Of a stretch of DNA of 64,000 nucleotides, positions 50,907-61,495 are shown in pieces; within the stretch, counting starts at the first letter, position 1, and every line of letters starts with the position of its first letter. Origin of the DNA: an uncultured Azospirillaceae bacterium (lineage in GTDB: Bacteria > Pseudomonadota > Alphaproteobacteria > RF32 > CAG-239); the NCBI GenBank assembly GCA_964410325.1, contig CAYPFN010000005.1, forward strand, positions 9,087 through 73,086, given 5' to 3'. The position numbers and the translations under genes were made by a program. A model generated the notes under the pieces. The model did not search any database and was not told the origin of the DNA. It saw only the letters and a program-made list of their open reading frames with translations.

Positions 50907-51890
50907 TTAACCTTTTTTAGAGTAAGATAGAATTGGCAATATACCCAACAGATAAATTTTCACTTTATCTTTCCTTTTTTTGATTTTTATCAGTGGAATA
51001 CAATGAAATAATTTTACGCAATACATAACTTTAGGTGTTTTTGATATATTTAAAATTTCATTCAAAATCAGTTCTAATTGTAATTCATGAAAAAATGGAG
51101 TTGTTTTTGCATAATTCCAATATAAATTTTCACCTAAAACATCTTTTTTTACCCACGGACGAATACCATTTTTTCCCGTATAATGTAAAATAAAACATTG
51201 TTTTGATGTTTGTATAAAATTTTTTAAATCCAAGTATAACGGTGTCAAATCTACCACAAAGTTATAGCAATCTGGTAAAATATCGTATTTTTTATTGAAT
51301 ACAACATTAAGTATATCTTGATCAGGCATTGATAATTTTTGTTTCATTTCTAACGTTTTTTTTATTAAAACATCCATGACATTATTATTTCGCCAGAAAT
51401 CACAATCTATCAATAACAGTCCACTATTAAAATAAAGATGAGAAGCATCTATTTCTAAATTTTTCTTATATTTTTTATACACATTTATGTTATATTTTTC
51501 ATCTAAATAAGGAACGGCACCTAATCCATTATCTATATTTATGTTAAAAATTTCTAAAATATCACCACACACAATCATATCTGAATCAATGTATAATGCT
51601 TTTTTTAATTCGGGTTTTAATTGAGGAATTAAATATCGAGAATACATGTTCAGTGAAAAATGTTCTAAATTTGGAAATTGTTCAAATATAGACATTGGTA
51701 TTTCAATAAATTCAATTGTATGGAGAGTTTTGGTTAGCATCTGTTCTAGCTTGTTTTTAGAAATGCTGCTAATACCACCATCTAATATGTAAAAATTTAT
51801 ATTGCTTTTTGTATTAGATATAATTGAAGCTATCGTTACGGTGGCATATTTAATGTATTGTTCATCTGAAGCTAAAAAAACAGGTATCAT
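50907..51890 (-). CDS. GT8-family glycosyltransferase (LPS alpha-1,3-galactosyl/glucosyltransferase-like, RfaJ/LgtC type)
   Basis: 327 aa, IPVFLASDEQYIKYATVTIASI, DSDMIV DXD motif; the most AT-rich gene in the window. Confidence 0.85.
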   Translation of the reverse strand: MIPVFLASDEQYIKYATVTIASIISNTKSNINFYILDGGISSISKNKLEQMLTKTLHTIEFIEIPMSIFEQFPNLEHFSLNMYSRYLIPQLKPELKKALYIDSDMIVCGDILEIFNINIDNGLGAVPYLDEKYNINVYKKYKKNLEIDASHLYFNSGLLLIDCDFWRNNNVMDVLIKKTLEMKQKLSMPDQDILNVVFNKKYDILPDCYNFVVDLTPLYLDLKNFIQTSKQCFILHYTGKNGIRPWVKKDVLGENLYWNYAKTTPFFHELQLELILNEILNISKTPKVMYCVKLFHCIPLIKIKKRKDKVKIYLLGILPILSYSKKG

Positions 51891-52422
51891 CTCATTAATC
51901 CATTTCTCATTTCAATTTTAAATTTAATAGAAAAATTCCATAGTTGTAGAATGTACTTGGTATATATCTGCTCATTCAAAACTATTTTCATACTTTTAAG
52001 TCTTATTCCTAAGAAATCCCAACGATTATTCCAAAAAGTAAATTCCATAAAATCAACGTTTGTGCATAATCGAACGTTTATGCATAAAGTTATTAAGACA
52101 TAACCAATTATATCAGTGAAAGCCTTTGTTTTCTTAGTGTTTAAATAAAAAATTTATCTTGTAATTAAAAATAATTTATGTAAGATGAAATACATAAAAT
52201 AAACGTTCCAATTTGATTAATTACGCGACAATATACAATCATATAGTCTTAAATGAATAAGAGATAAGGTGTAATTACCCAGAAGACATAATTGCCATAA
52301 AAAAGGAAAAAATATGGCAAAAGAAAATTCATTGGTAGCAATACCCCCAATAGATATGTTGCAAAACGCACTTATTTTTCTCAAAACAACTTGGATTTTT
52401 TAAAGAAAATGAAAAAAAGTTC

Positions 52423-52451
52423 TTGACCTTATAAAAAAATACCTATATATA
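52423..52451 (+). promoter_or_regulatory. sigma70-like promoter of tRNA-Glu
   Basis: TTGACC-17 nt-TATATA, ~20 nt upstream of the tRNA 5' end. Confidence 0.5.
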
Positions 52452-52470
52452 TGCCTTGTCTTAAATATAT

Positions 52471-52545
52471 GGTCCCATCGTCTAATGGTTAGGACATCAC
52501 CCTTTCACGGTGGTAATATGGGTTCGAATCCCGTTGGGATCACCA
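52471..52545 (+). tRNA. tRNA-Glu (anticodon UUC)
   Basis: Folded by hand: acceptor GGTCCCA/TGGGATC, anticodon loop CTTTCAC, T-loop TTCGAAT, 3' ACCA; terminator hairpin 52553..52586. Confidence 0.9.
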
Positions 52546-52803
52546 ATTCAAACGGCAGTCATGAAAATGGCTGCCTTTTCTTTTATCTCCATGCCTTATA
52601 AATTAGAATCTCGTTAGGTTTTGGAATTGTAGATAAGGTATATATAAAAGTTTGGCCGTTATGATATTTTTTTATCTTAAACTTACGCACAGATTGAGTT
52701 TTTACCACTCATTTATGAATGATATTTGATTTTAGCGTGTTTTTCTATTAGTTTTTTTCTGTTCTTATAAATAATTTTAGAAACATATTTATAAGGATAA
52801 AAA

Positions 52804-53394
52804 ATGATATATGGATATATAAGAGTCAGCACTGACCATCAAAACATTGCAAACCAACATCACGAAATTGAAATTTTTTCTCAAAAGCAAAATCTTATAA
52901 TCGATAAATGGATTGAGGAAATTATTTCTTCAAGAAAGCCTTTACAAGAAAGAAAACTTGGAAAACTCTTAAAAAAATTAAAAAAAGGAGATATTCTCAT
53001 TGCAACAGAGCTTTCTAGATTAGGACGTAATCTACTAGAAGTGATGGGAATATTACAAAAATGTCTAGAAAAAGATTGTCAGATTTGGACTTTGAAAGAA
53101 AATTATCGATTAGGGGCAGATATCCAATCTAAAGTTTTAGCTTTTGCTTTCAGTTTAGCAAGTGAAATTGAGAGACAATTAATTTCTGAACGAACCAAAT
53201 TATCTTTGCAAAGGCTAAAAGATGAAGGCAAACACCTTGGTAGACCATATGGTTCATCTTACCAAAAATTACAAAAACAACATGATAGAATAAAAAAGTT
53301 AACTGAAAAAGGTTTATCTAAAGCTGAAATTTCCAGAAGTTTAAATTGTTCTTGGTTAACGATTCATCGCTATATCCAAAGAAATTTCAGTTAA
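52804..53394 (+). CDS. small serine recombinase (DNA invertase/resolvase family, Hin/Gin size)
   Basis: 196 aa, YIRVSTDHQ catalytic-serine motif, LSRLGRN, C-terminal HTH. Confidence 0.85.
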   Translation: MIYGYIRVSTDHQNIANQHHEIEIFSQKQNLIIDKWIEEIISSRKPLQERKLGKLLKKLKKGDILIATELSRLGRNLLEVMGILQKCLEKDCQIWTLKENYRLGADIQSKVLAFAFSLASEIERQLISERTKLSLQRLKDEGKHLGRPYGSSYQKLQKQHDRIKKLTEKGLSKAEISRSLNCSWLTIHRYIQRNFS

Positions 53395-53580
53395 TATTAC
53401 AACATCTATTATGCTTAGACTTCTTTTCAGCAATGGCAGGAAGTCTTTTTTTTATTTTTTTACACTTTTAAAATCTCATTTTTTAGTCTGTGGATTTGAT
53501 TTTTTTAATTACTTTTATTAAATCCGGCTATCCACAGTTCGTTTATTGAGTTGTATGATATATATAAAAAAATCCAACCA

Positions 53581-54648
53581 TTATTGCTCAACATTGATGG
53601 CTCGCACGATTTCGCTGGCATGCACCAGTTTAATATTTTTGGAACCTAAAGTTTTAAGCCAGTCTTTTAAAGCTAGATAGGTTTGGCTTTTAGGATGGCA
53701 AATAGCTATGGCAAAACCTTTTTTGGCGGCAATTTTTTCAGCCGCTTCCAACTGTTTCATAATATAAGCATAATCGTTTTCATTATCCAAGAAAACATCT
53801 CGCCCGGCAAAATCAACACCATCTTCCTCAGCCAGCTCTCTGCCTTTAGAAGAAGCCGTCGTTTTTGAATCCAGAAAAAACATCTGCCGATCTTTTAAGA
53901 TATTCATAACCCCGCCCAATTTTTCCTTATCTTCAGTAAATTTACTGCCCATATGATTATTGATTCCACTGACGGCAATACCATCAAACTTGGCCAGCAT
54001 TTGCCCAAACATATTGCGAATGGTTTCTACATCCATATCGGTCATCAAAGTATCTGGCGCCAAACTTGCCGGAACTTTCGGTTCCATCGGCGCATGAATC
54101 ATAATTTCATGACCGGCAGCCTCAGCCGCAGCCGCCAACTGCGCCAGATTTTTTCCATATGTCAGAAAAGATGAAGTCAACGGTGCTTCAAGCGATATTA
54201 TATCTTTGGTGCGCGTCTGATTAATTCCCATATCATCAATCACCACCGCCAACAACGGTGTTTCAACCATAATCCTATCCAAAATAAGCCGCTTACGAGC
54301 CTCTTCTGTTTTATCCGTGGCATTCATAACAACCACTTCTTCTATCGGTTCAGCCACATCTGCCTGTTCAGTCGCCTCATCGGGCTCATTTAAAACCTCA
54401 GGATCAGCCGTCACATATTCATGGTGCATTATAAAATCGCCAATTATATCAGCTTCGGAATATTCTTCCGAAAATTCCTCATCAGACATAACCACCACCG
54501 CCAAAGGCAAGCTCTTTTCAGACGACTGGAACTTTAAATATCCAACAAAGATTCCCCCCAGAAAAAACGCTAACAGTAGCAAAGCCAAAAGCACCGCAGA
54601 TAAATACGGTGCCATAATTTTCCACAAGCTTTGCAATTTATCAGTCAC
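53581..54648 (-). CDS. divergent polysaccharide deacetylase (YibQ family)
   Basis: 355 aa, N-terminal TM, LAVVIDDMGIN...HAPMEP core. Confidence 0.7.
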   Translation of the reverse strand: MTDKLQSLWKIMAPYLSAVLLALLLLAFFLGGIFVGYLKFQSSEKSLPLAVVVMSDEEFSEEYSEADIIGDFIMHHEYVTADPEVLNEPDEATEQADVAEPIEEVVVMNATDKTEEARKRLILDRIMVETPLLAVVIDDMGINQTRTKDIISLEAPLTSSFLTYGKNLAQLAAAAEAAGHEIMIHAPMEPKVPASLAPDTLMTDMDVETIRNMFGQMLAKFDGIAVSGINNHMGSKFTEDKEKLGGVMNILKDRQMFFLDSKTTASSKGRELAEEDGVDFAGRDVFLDNENDYAYIMKQLEAAEKIAAKKGFAIAICHPKSQTYLALKDWLKTLGSKNIKLVHASEIVRAINVEQ

Positions 54649-54654
54649 AATCGC

Positions 54655-56127
54655 TTAATCCCTCTTGCGCAATGTCGGAAAGGCTATAACATCACGGATT
54701 GTTTCTGCCCCGGTCAAGAAAATAGCCAAACGATCAATCCCCATGCCCATACCTCCTGACGGCGGAAAACCATTTTCCAGAGCCGTTACAAAATCTTCAT
54801 CCAACATTTGCGCCTCATCGTCCCCTGCTTCGCGAGCGGCAACCTGGGCCTCAAAGCGTTCCCGCTGTTCCAGCGGATTGGAAAGCTCAGAATAAGCGCA
54901 CCCCATTTCCATACCCGCAACATACGCGTCAAAATGTTCTACCAAACGCGGATTAGTACGATGTGTTTTTGCCAAAGGCGAAACATCACGTGGCATATCC
55001 ATCACCAAAATCGGTTCAATCAAATTAGCTTCCACTTTAGCATCAAAAACTTCTTGAACAACCTTGCCCCAGGAAGTGCATTCAGATGCATCAACCCCGG
55101 CTGATTTTGCCATAGCCTGAGCTTCTTCCAAAGTTTCAGCCTGCATCAAATCGATTCCGGCATATTCTTTAACTAAATCAACAATAGATTTACGCGCGAA
55201 AGGTTTACCCAAATCAATCCGATGACCATTAAACTCTACTTCAGTCGTCCCCAAAACGCTTTTCGCAACATACGCCAGCAAATCCGGAATAAGTTCGGCC
55301 ATTGTGTTATAATCGGCATACGCCTGATATGCCTCCAAAGCCGTAAACTCCGGATTATGGCTTTTATCAATGCCTTCATTACGGAAATTGCGACCGATTT
55401 CAAAAACCCGGTCAAAACCACCAACCACTAAACGTTTTAAATAAAGTTCTGGTGCAATACGTAGATATAAATCCATATCCAAAGCGTTATGATGCGTCAC
55501 AAACGGCTTAGCATTGGCGCCACCCATAATCGGATGTAGCATCGGCGTTTCCACTTCCAAAAAGCCGTGCTCTTCAAAATAACGGCGGATTGCTGAAGTA
55601 ATTTGACAGCGTTTTTCAAAGATTTTACGACTGTCATCATTCATAATAAAATCAACATACCGTTGACGGTAACGCGCCTCCACATCAGTCAGACCATGGA
55701 ATTTTTCTGGCAGCGGCTGCAAAGCTTTGGCAATAATGTCAAATTTTTCCGCAGCAACTGAAAGCTCGCCTCTGGGCGTTCGGCGGATATAGCCCGTTAC
55801 CCCGATAATATCGCCGACATCAAGATATTTCAACCGCTCGATTTCTTCTTCCGACAAATGATTTTTATGACAAAAGACCTGAATTTTACCGGATTTATCT
55901 TTCAAATCAATAAACATGCCACTGTTGCGTACGGCCATAGCTCGACCGGCAATCGTTACACGATCTTCCGTATCAACGCCGTTTTCCAGGTTTTTGTATT
56001 TTTCCTGCAAATCCGCTGCATAAGCATTTTGTTCAAATTTATAAGGATACGGATTATAGCCTTTTTCCTGCAAAGCCTTTAGCTTTGCCAATCTTGATTC
56101 GCGATGAACATTGGTTTCTGTTGACAT
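54655..56127 (-). CDS. lysS: lysyl-tRNA synthetase, class II
   Basis: 490 aa, OB anticodon-binding domain plus class II motifs 1-3. Confidence 0.95.
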   Translation of the reverse strand: MSTETNVHRESRLAKLKALQEKGYNPYPYKFEQNAYAADLQEKYKNLENGVDTEDRVTIAGRAMAVRNSGMFIDLKDKSGKIQVFCHKNHLSEEEIERLKYLDVGDIIGVTGYIRRTPRGELSVAAEKFDIIAKALQPLPEKFHGLTDVEARYRQRYVDFIMNDDSRKIFEKRCQITSAIRRYFEEHGFLEVETPMLHPIMGGANAKPFVTHHNALDMDLYLRIAPELYLKRLVVGGFDRVFEIGRNFRNEGIDKSHNPEFTALEAYQAYADYNTMAELIPDLLAYVAKSVLGTTEVEFNGHRIDLGKPFARKSIVDLVKEYAGIDLMQAETLEEAQAMAKSAGVDASECTSWGKVVQEVFDAKVEANLIEPILVMDMPRDVSPLAKTHRTNPRLVEHFDAYVAGMEMGCAYSELSNPLEQRERFEAQVAAREAGDDEAQMLDEDFVTALENGFPPSGGMGMGIDRLAIFLTGAETIRDVIAFPTLRKRD

Positions 56128-56236
56128 TATTTTTCACCCATTATTTAACTCTCGGTGTTGGATTATAAAAGCATGATTTATATTTTTCAACTCATTTTAT
56201 ATAGATAAAATCAATTTTTAAATACCAAGAAAAAGA

Positions 56237-56269
56237 TTGACATTACCATCAAAAGAACTAAACTAGAAC
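56237..56269 (+). promoter_or_regulatory. lexA promoter (TTGACA ...) with alphaproteobacterial SOS box GAAC-N7-GAAC overlapping the -10 region
   Basis: TTGACA 56237-56242; GAACTAAACTAGAAC 56255-56269, 25 bp upstream of lexA ATG. Confidence 0.6.
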
Positions 56270-56294
56270 AAATTGAATCGCTAAAGAAACATTA

Positions 56295-56951
56295 ATGCTG
56301 ACAGAAAAACAATACAGACTCTTGCTTTTTATTAACAAAACAACTAAAGAAACTGGTTGTTCCCCTTCGTTTGAAGAAATGAAAAACGCCATCGGGCTTA
56401 AATCAAAATCCGGTATTCACGCACTGATTAACGCTTTAGAAGAACGCGAATTTATCCGCAAGCTTCCCCATAAAGCTCGGGCATTGGAGGTCATCCGCAT
56501 GCCTAAATTCAAACCTAAAGCCGTCATTGAGGAAGAAAAAAAGCGTGAAAACGCTTTACATCATGCGTCAGCACAAATTCCTTATTACGGAAAAATTGCC
56601 GCTGGTATACCGATTGAAGCCATTGCTAACGAAACGGAAATGTTCTCAATTCCCTATAACATGGTTGCCCATGGCCAATACTATGCTTTAAGGATTGAGG
56701 GCGATTCGATGAAAGAGGCCGGCATATTAGACGGCGACACCGCCATAATTAAAAAATCCGATAATGCCAACAACGGCGAAATTGTTGTTGCCTTGATTAA
56801 TAATAGCGAGGCCACTTTAAAAGTCTTGCAGAAAAAAGGTCCTGAAATCTGGCTGATTCCATGCAATAAAAACTACGAAATCCGTAAATTTGATGCCCAA
56901 TGTGTAAAAATTCAAGGCATTTTAAGCTCAATCATCCGCAATTATCATTAA
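56295..56951 (+). CDS. lexA: LexA repressor (alphaproteobacterial type)
   Basis: N-terminus MLTEKQYRLLLFI..., S24 peptidase domain (Ala-Gly cleavage site, GDSM, K). Confidence 0.9.
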   Translation: MLTEKQYRLLLFINKTTKETGCSPSFEEMKNAIGLKSKSGIHALINALEEREFIRKLPHKARALEVIRMPKFKPKAVIEEEKKRENALHHASAQIPYYGKIAAGIPIEAIANETEMFSIPYNMVAHGQYYALRIEGDSMKEAGILDGDTAIIKKSDNANNGEIVVALINNSEATLKVLQKKGPEIWLIPCNKNYEIRKFDAQCVKIQGILSSIIRNYH

Positions 56952-57530
56952 TCTCTGTTGCCGCAATCCTGACCATACTGTTCTCCCCGCCTCGTTTCCT
57001 CATATGATTAAGACACATTATCCTCCGTCTTATCAGGTTTATGCGCCTCTTCTGCCCATCATATTTATAAGATACACCTACCAGCATCTATGAAACAAAC
57101 CTTTAAAAACCGCATCAATACACTTACTTAAGAGGCATATTTTTTGAATGTTCAATACCCTCTTCGCACACCGGCACAACAGTTGCACAGATGTTTGTCA
57201 ACGTGATTGTGAGAAAGAGAAACATTGGGCAAGGATAATAATTTGATCAAGTGTTTGCCAAGGTGGCAGTCATCTTTATGTTTATGCCTAAATTTAGTGA
57301 ACAAATCCGCAATAAAAATCACATATGTTCTCCAGTTTCGATTCTACCTAAAATGAATGTAGATAATGTTGTATGCCTAATCAAACCCAACACATGACCT
57401 AAAAAAACATCTGCTGCCAATGCTATGCTTCTTTATTCGGTAGCTTAGTTTGGAAGCTATTTTTCACGTATAAATTTTGCCCCGGAAAACCGGGGCAGTT
57501 TATATTCAAAATAAATCTAAAGTTTCACAT

Positions 57531-58091
57531 TTAGAATTGTTCTTGCAACTCAAAGAAATAAGCCTGCGGATGATCACAAACCGGACATTTTTCCGGAGCT
57601 TTCGGGCTTTCAACGCGATGACCGCAATTAGCACATTCCCAAATAACTTTAGTCGGACGCTCAAAGATTTTACCTTCACACAAAGAATTAAGCAATGCCC
57701 GATATCTTTCTTCATGGCCTTTTTCAATTTTTCCGACCGATTCAAACAAACCGGCAATCTTGGTAAAACCTTCCTCGCGAGCTTCTTTAGCCATACGATC
57801 GTACATGTCCGTCCACTCATAGTTTTCACCGGCGGCGGCATCTTTCAGGTTTTCAATTGTTGAGGAAATTTCACCACCATGCAGCAATTTAAACCAAATT
57901 TTAGCATGCTCTTTTTCATTATTAGCTGTTTGCGCAAACTTGTCACCAATAATGTTATAGCCCTCTTTTTTTGCTTTGGAAGCATAATAAAGATATTTGG
58001 TATGAGCCTGCGATTCACCAGCAAAAGCCTCTTTTAAATTTTGTTCAGTTTTTGATCCTTTTAGTTCCATTTTAACTCTCCTTAAATACAA
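57531..58091 (-). CDS. rubrerythrin
   Basis: 186 aa, ferritin-like diiron domain plus C-terminal rubredoxin-like CANCGH...CPVCDH. Confidence 0.9.
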   Translation of the reverse strand: MYLRRVKMELKGSKTEQNLKEAFAGESQAHTKYLYYASKAKKEGYNIIGDKFAQTANNEKEHAKIWFKLLHGGEISSTIENLKDAAAGENYEWTDMYDRMAKEAREEGFTKIAGLFESVGKIEKGHEERYRALLNSLCEGKIFERPTKVIWECANCGHRVESPKAPEKCPVCDHPQAYFFELQEQF

Positions 58092-58200
58092 TTATTTTAG
58101 TAAGCACATTGCTATCCCTTGTCAACAAGTAATATGTTATTGACATAACTTTTTTGGATTTTATGTTTTCCGCGTCACCGCCGCCATATCAAGCGTTCTT

Positions 58201-59670
58201 TTACATTTCCCCTGTTTCGCTTGTTCCGGAAACCGCCGCAATTTCTTTTTCCTGATTAGCCTCAGCCTTAACTTTAGCCACAACCTTTTTAAACGCGGCC
58301 AGTTTATTTTCCGTCAGATTTTCTCCAGTTGCCGCCTTAACTTTCAAGGGATCAACTTTTTTACCGTTACGCACAACTTCGAAATGAAGATGAGGGCCTG
58401 TTGACTGACCTGTACTGCCGACATAGCCAATAACCTGCCCTTGCTTGACCCGTACTCCCGGACGGATACCTTTGGCAAAGGAATGCATATGGGCATACCC
58501 TGTTGAATATTCCGCATTATGTCGAATTTGAATGTATTTACCATATCCTCCATACCATTTTGCCATAGTCACGACTCCGTCACCGCTGGCATAAATTTGT
58601 GTACCAGACGGCGCAGCATAATCCACGCCGTCATGATTTTTATACACCTTCAAAATCGGATGAAAGCGGCGACCAAACCGTGATGAAATGCGGGCTTTTT
58701 TAAATTCCATCGGTTTTCGGTCAAGATTCTTTTTCAGTGCCAGTCCTTTTTCATCATAATAATCCACATGTCCGGAATTATCTTCGAAACGGTAAAGTTC
58801 ATATTTTTCTTTACCCAGCTGCAAAGCAGCAAAGATAATATTTCCGCTCTTAACCACGCTGCCGTCCTGAGCCAGCCGACGTTCATAACGAACTTCAAAC
58901 TGGTCTCCGGAACGAACATCGCGGCGAAAATCAACGCTGAAAGAAAATATATCAATAAAATTGCCAATAACATTAGACGGAACGCCTGCATCGCCCATGG
59001 CTGTCGACAAATTGCCGTTAATCACGCCTCTGATTGTTTTGACATCATCAATCAGTTGATCCTGCTCCTTGCGAGAAACATACTCACCTTCATTATTCTT
59101 TTCCACGATATAACGCGTGCCACTAACCGGTTCAATCATAATCCGGTCAACAGAAACGACATCTTCGTTTTCTCCCGCAAAAGAAGAAGTAATGTAAAGT
59201 GTTTGTCCAACTTTAATATAACGGGCGTCAAAAACATTTTTAAATGCCACATAAATGTTACTTGCCTCGGTGTAACTCAGCCCTTTATTGGTTAAAATAC
59301 CAATAAAACTGTCCCCTTTGGCGACTTTAACCACATCCTCATTAAACGGTTTTTCGGCAACCACATCCGCCGTTTGAACATTTAGCGAATCTTCAACATT
59401 TTCTTCCGAAAAATTTTCTGAATTAAAAGCAACTACCGTATCTTCTCCATAAAACGCCAGATTCTCATCTGCCACGGCTGAAACATATTCCGGAAATTCC
59501 TCCGGAGCCATTTCCGATAGTTCGATATTTTTAGGTATTGAAGCCTCAACATTATTATTATTACGCACCGAAACAATCAAAGCGCAAGTTACCACAAAAG
59601 CATAAAAAAACAACCATGTGCGTTGACGCGACATCCGCCGACTTTGAATTCTGATTTTGTTAAAATCCAT
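58201..59670 (-). CDS. M23-family metallopeptidase (LytM domain)
   Basis: 489 aa, N-terminal TM, C-terminal GSTGQSTGPHLHFEV. Confidence 0.85.
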   Translation of the reverse strand: MDFNKIRIQSRRMSRQRTWLFFYAFVVTCALIVSVRNNNNVEASIPKNIELSEMAPEEFPEYVSAVADENLAFYGEDTVVAFNSENFSEENVEDSLNVQTADVVAEKPFNEDVVKVAKGDSFIGILTNKGLSYTEASNIYVAFKNVFDARYIKVGQTLYITSSFAGENEDVVSVDRIMIEPVSGTRYIVEKNNEGEYVSRKEQDQLIDDVKTIRGVINGNLSTAMGDAGVPSNVIGNFIDIFSFSVDFRRDVRSGDQFEVRYERRLAQDGSVVKSGNIIFAALQLGKEKYELYRFEDNSGHVDYYDEKGLALKKNLDRKPMEFKKARISSRFGRRFHPILKVYKNHDGVDYAAPSGTQIYASGDGVVTMAKWYGGYGKYIQIRHNAEYSTGYAHMHSFAKGIRPGVRVKQGQVIGYVGSTGQSTGPHLHFEVVRNGKKVDPLKVKAATGENLTENKLAAFKKVVAKVKAEANQEKEIAAVSGTSETGEM

Positions 59671-59830
59671 TATAAGAAACCCTGTTATTCAAATCTCATA
59701 ATACAATGCAATGAAGCTATTTTTTTTTCAAGCAGATAATAAAGTTATACAGCACTAAACATATTTTATAAGTGTTTACAAAAAGTTACCTTTAACAATA
59801 AAAAATATATATAAAGATAAAAAAAAGACT

Positions 59831-59859
59831 TGCATTTATATTTTTTGTTATGTATAAGA
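59831..59859 (+). promoter_or_regulatory. sigma70-like promoter of tRNA-Asp
   Basis: TTGCAT-17 nt-TATAAG, 17 nt upstream of the tRNA. Confidence 0.45.
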
Positions 59860-59875
59860 GGTGCATTAAAAAGCT

Positions 59876-59952
59876 GGGGGCGTAGTTCAGTTGGTTAGAA
59901 TACATGCCTGTCACGCATGGGGTCGCGGGTTCGAGCCCCGTCGCTCCCGCCA
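59876..59952 (+). tRNA. tRNA-Asp (anticodon GUC)
   Basis: Near-identical architecture to E. coli tRNA-Asp; anticodon loop CTGTCAC, CCA end; terminator 59958..59990. Confidence 0.9.
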
Positions 59953-60109
59953 GTTAATAAAACACCCGTCTCAAAAGACGGGTGTTTTATTAATTGCCGA
60001 AAGACACACCTGAAATCAGCCTTCCTTTCAATAACCATTATAGACGAGCGCCATAAAAAAGACTTTGTCGCTTAACGGCAAACAAAGTCTTAAAGCAAAT
60101 AAGCAGGCT

Positions 60110-60490
60110 TTAACCATGGCTGGCAAGAGAGGCAATGTGCAGCTTGATTTCCTGTAAAGCCACCCGATAAAGCGTGCCTTTAGGTTCTATTTCGCCAGTC
60201 TGGGGATTTCTGTCCGTAAAAACGAAGTTTTTTAAAAATTCCTTTGGCGAAATAAATTTCGGTTCATCGCAGCTACCATACACCAGTGTAGCTCCCATAA
60301 TAAGCATTCTCCCCGCGTAGCGACAGGATGAACCATTCCAGATGAAGAAGCGATCTTCTCCATACTTTTTGCCAAGATAAGTCTTTTCTTTATTCTTGGC
60401 ACAAAACCAACTCTCCGGATTGTTTTCCGCCTCATTCCATAACCTATGGAACTCCGCCTCATCAATCCGCGGTAATACATGTTTTTTCAT
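60110..60490 (-). CDS. hypothetical protein (126 aa)
   Basis: Clean ORF, no recognised domain. Confidence 0.45.
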   Translation of the reverse strand: MKKHVLPRIDEAEFHRLWNEAENNPESWFCAKNKEKTYLGKKYGEDRFFIWNGSSCRYAGRMLIMGATLVYGSCDEPKFISPKEFLKNFVFTDRNPQTGEIEPKGTLYRVALQEIKLHIASLASHG

Positions 60491-60846
60491 ATCTTAATAA
60501 TTTTTTAACAAGCAAATTTTACGCCTAAAAATAATTTTTAGCAAGAACATTTTTATAAATAACGTTCAATAGAAAACTTAGTTGCTGGCAAAATTTTCAA
60601 CCCCACATCAAAAAAACATTCTGCCGATGCCGAAAACAACCGCGTATGTTTATTATAGAAATGCTCCACAGTAAATCAACCGCTACTACCGCTACTTTTA
60701 TAAAGTATTTGTTTCAAGCTTTAATGACAGCATCAGGAAACAGATGGTCACAAACATTCGTTTATCGGCTTGCCGAATATATCTCAATGATTTTTTAACC
60801 AGTGGATTATATGATAAAACCGTTTTTAAGAAGGAAGGTTTTGCAA

Positions 60847-61494
60847 ATGGAAAAACACTGGTCAAAAATCGAGTATCTACATCAAAGCGTCACCAACCCT
60901 AACATTATCATCAAAGGCACACACAGCTATTATTCTAACGCTTATACTGAAAATTTTGAAGATTATGTGGTGCGTTACCTTTACGGCGATCAATACAGTC
61001 GCGAACATTTTGAAGCTCCTTTTCCTTATGACAAGCTTTATATCGGTAATTATGTCTGCATCAGCGCCGAAACGGTTATTTTAATGGGTGGCAACAACAC
61101 GCACCGCATGGATTGGTTTTCCTGCTATCCGTTTTTAGATAAAATTGAAGAGGCTTATGAACAAAAAGGCGATACCGTCATCGGCGACGGCGCTTGGATC
61201 GGCATGCGCGCCCTAATAATGCCTGGCATAAAAATTGGCGAAGGCGCAGTTATCGGTGCTGGAGCGATTGTGACCAAAGATGTTTCTCCATACACCATCG
61301 TTGGCGGCAACCCAGCATCTTTTATCAAATACCGCTTTACGCCAGAAATTATTCAAGAAGTGCTCAACCTAAAAATTTACAGCCGCCCAGAAAAAGAAAT
61401 TGAAGGTCTGATTCCACTGTTGTGCAACAATAATCTCGAAGAATTAAAAGCAGCCATATATGCTTTAAAACGCCTTAATAAGCAGGATCTGTAA
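60847..61494 (+). CDS. xenobiotic O-acetyltransferase, XAT hexapeptide family (CatB/Vat-like)
   Basis: ATG 60847 after AAGGAAGG. SVTNPNIIIKGTHSYYS, NTHRMDWFSCYPF and KGDTVIGDGAWIGMRALIMPGIKIGEGAVIGAGAIVTKDVSPYTIVGGNPA align closely with type-B chloramphenicol acetyltransferases. Confidence 0.8.
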   Translation: MEKHWSKIEYLHQSVTNPNIIIKGTHSYYSNAYTENFEDYVVRYLYGDQYSREHFEAPFPYDKLYIGNYVCISAETVILMGGNNTHRMDWFSCYPFLDKIEEAYEQKGDTVIGDGAWIGMRALIMPGIKIGEGAVIGAGAIVTKDVSPYTIVGGNPASFIKYRFTPEIIQEVLNLKIYSRPEKEIEGLIPLLCNNNLEELKAAIYALKRLNKQDL

Positions 61495-61495
61495 A

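Noticed and set aside
52471-53394. Classical tRNA-integrated genomic island (integrase plus att duplication)
   Set aside because: The adjacent recombinase is a small serine invertase/resolvase type, not a tyrosine integrase. No direct repeat of the tRNA-Glu 3' end was seen downstream.
53488-53537. 8-bp inverted repeat CTGTGGAT ... ATCCACAG downstream of the intact recombinase
   Set aside because: It is too short and widely spaced to call a hix/gix-type site by eye, and no partner copy was found near the pseudogene.
54655-56127. Class II LysRS as an oddity (some alphaproteobacteria use class I LysRS)
   Set aside because: The distribution of class I versus class II LysRS in this class is patchy, so this is not remarkable without genome-wide context.
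57477-57863. 128-aa plus ORF overlapping rubrerythrin
   Set aside because: Antisense shadow ORF of the rubrerythrin gene.
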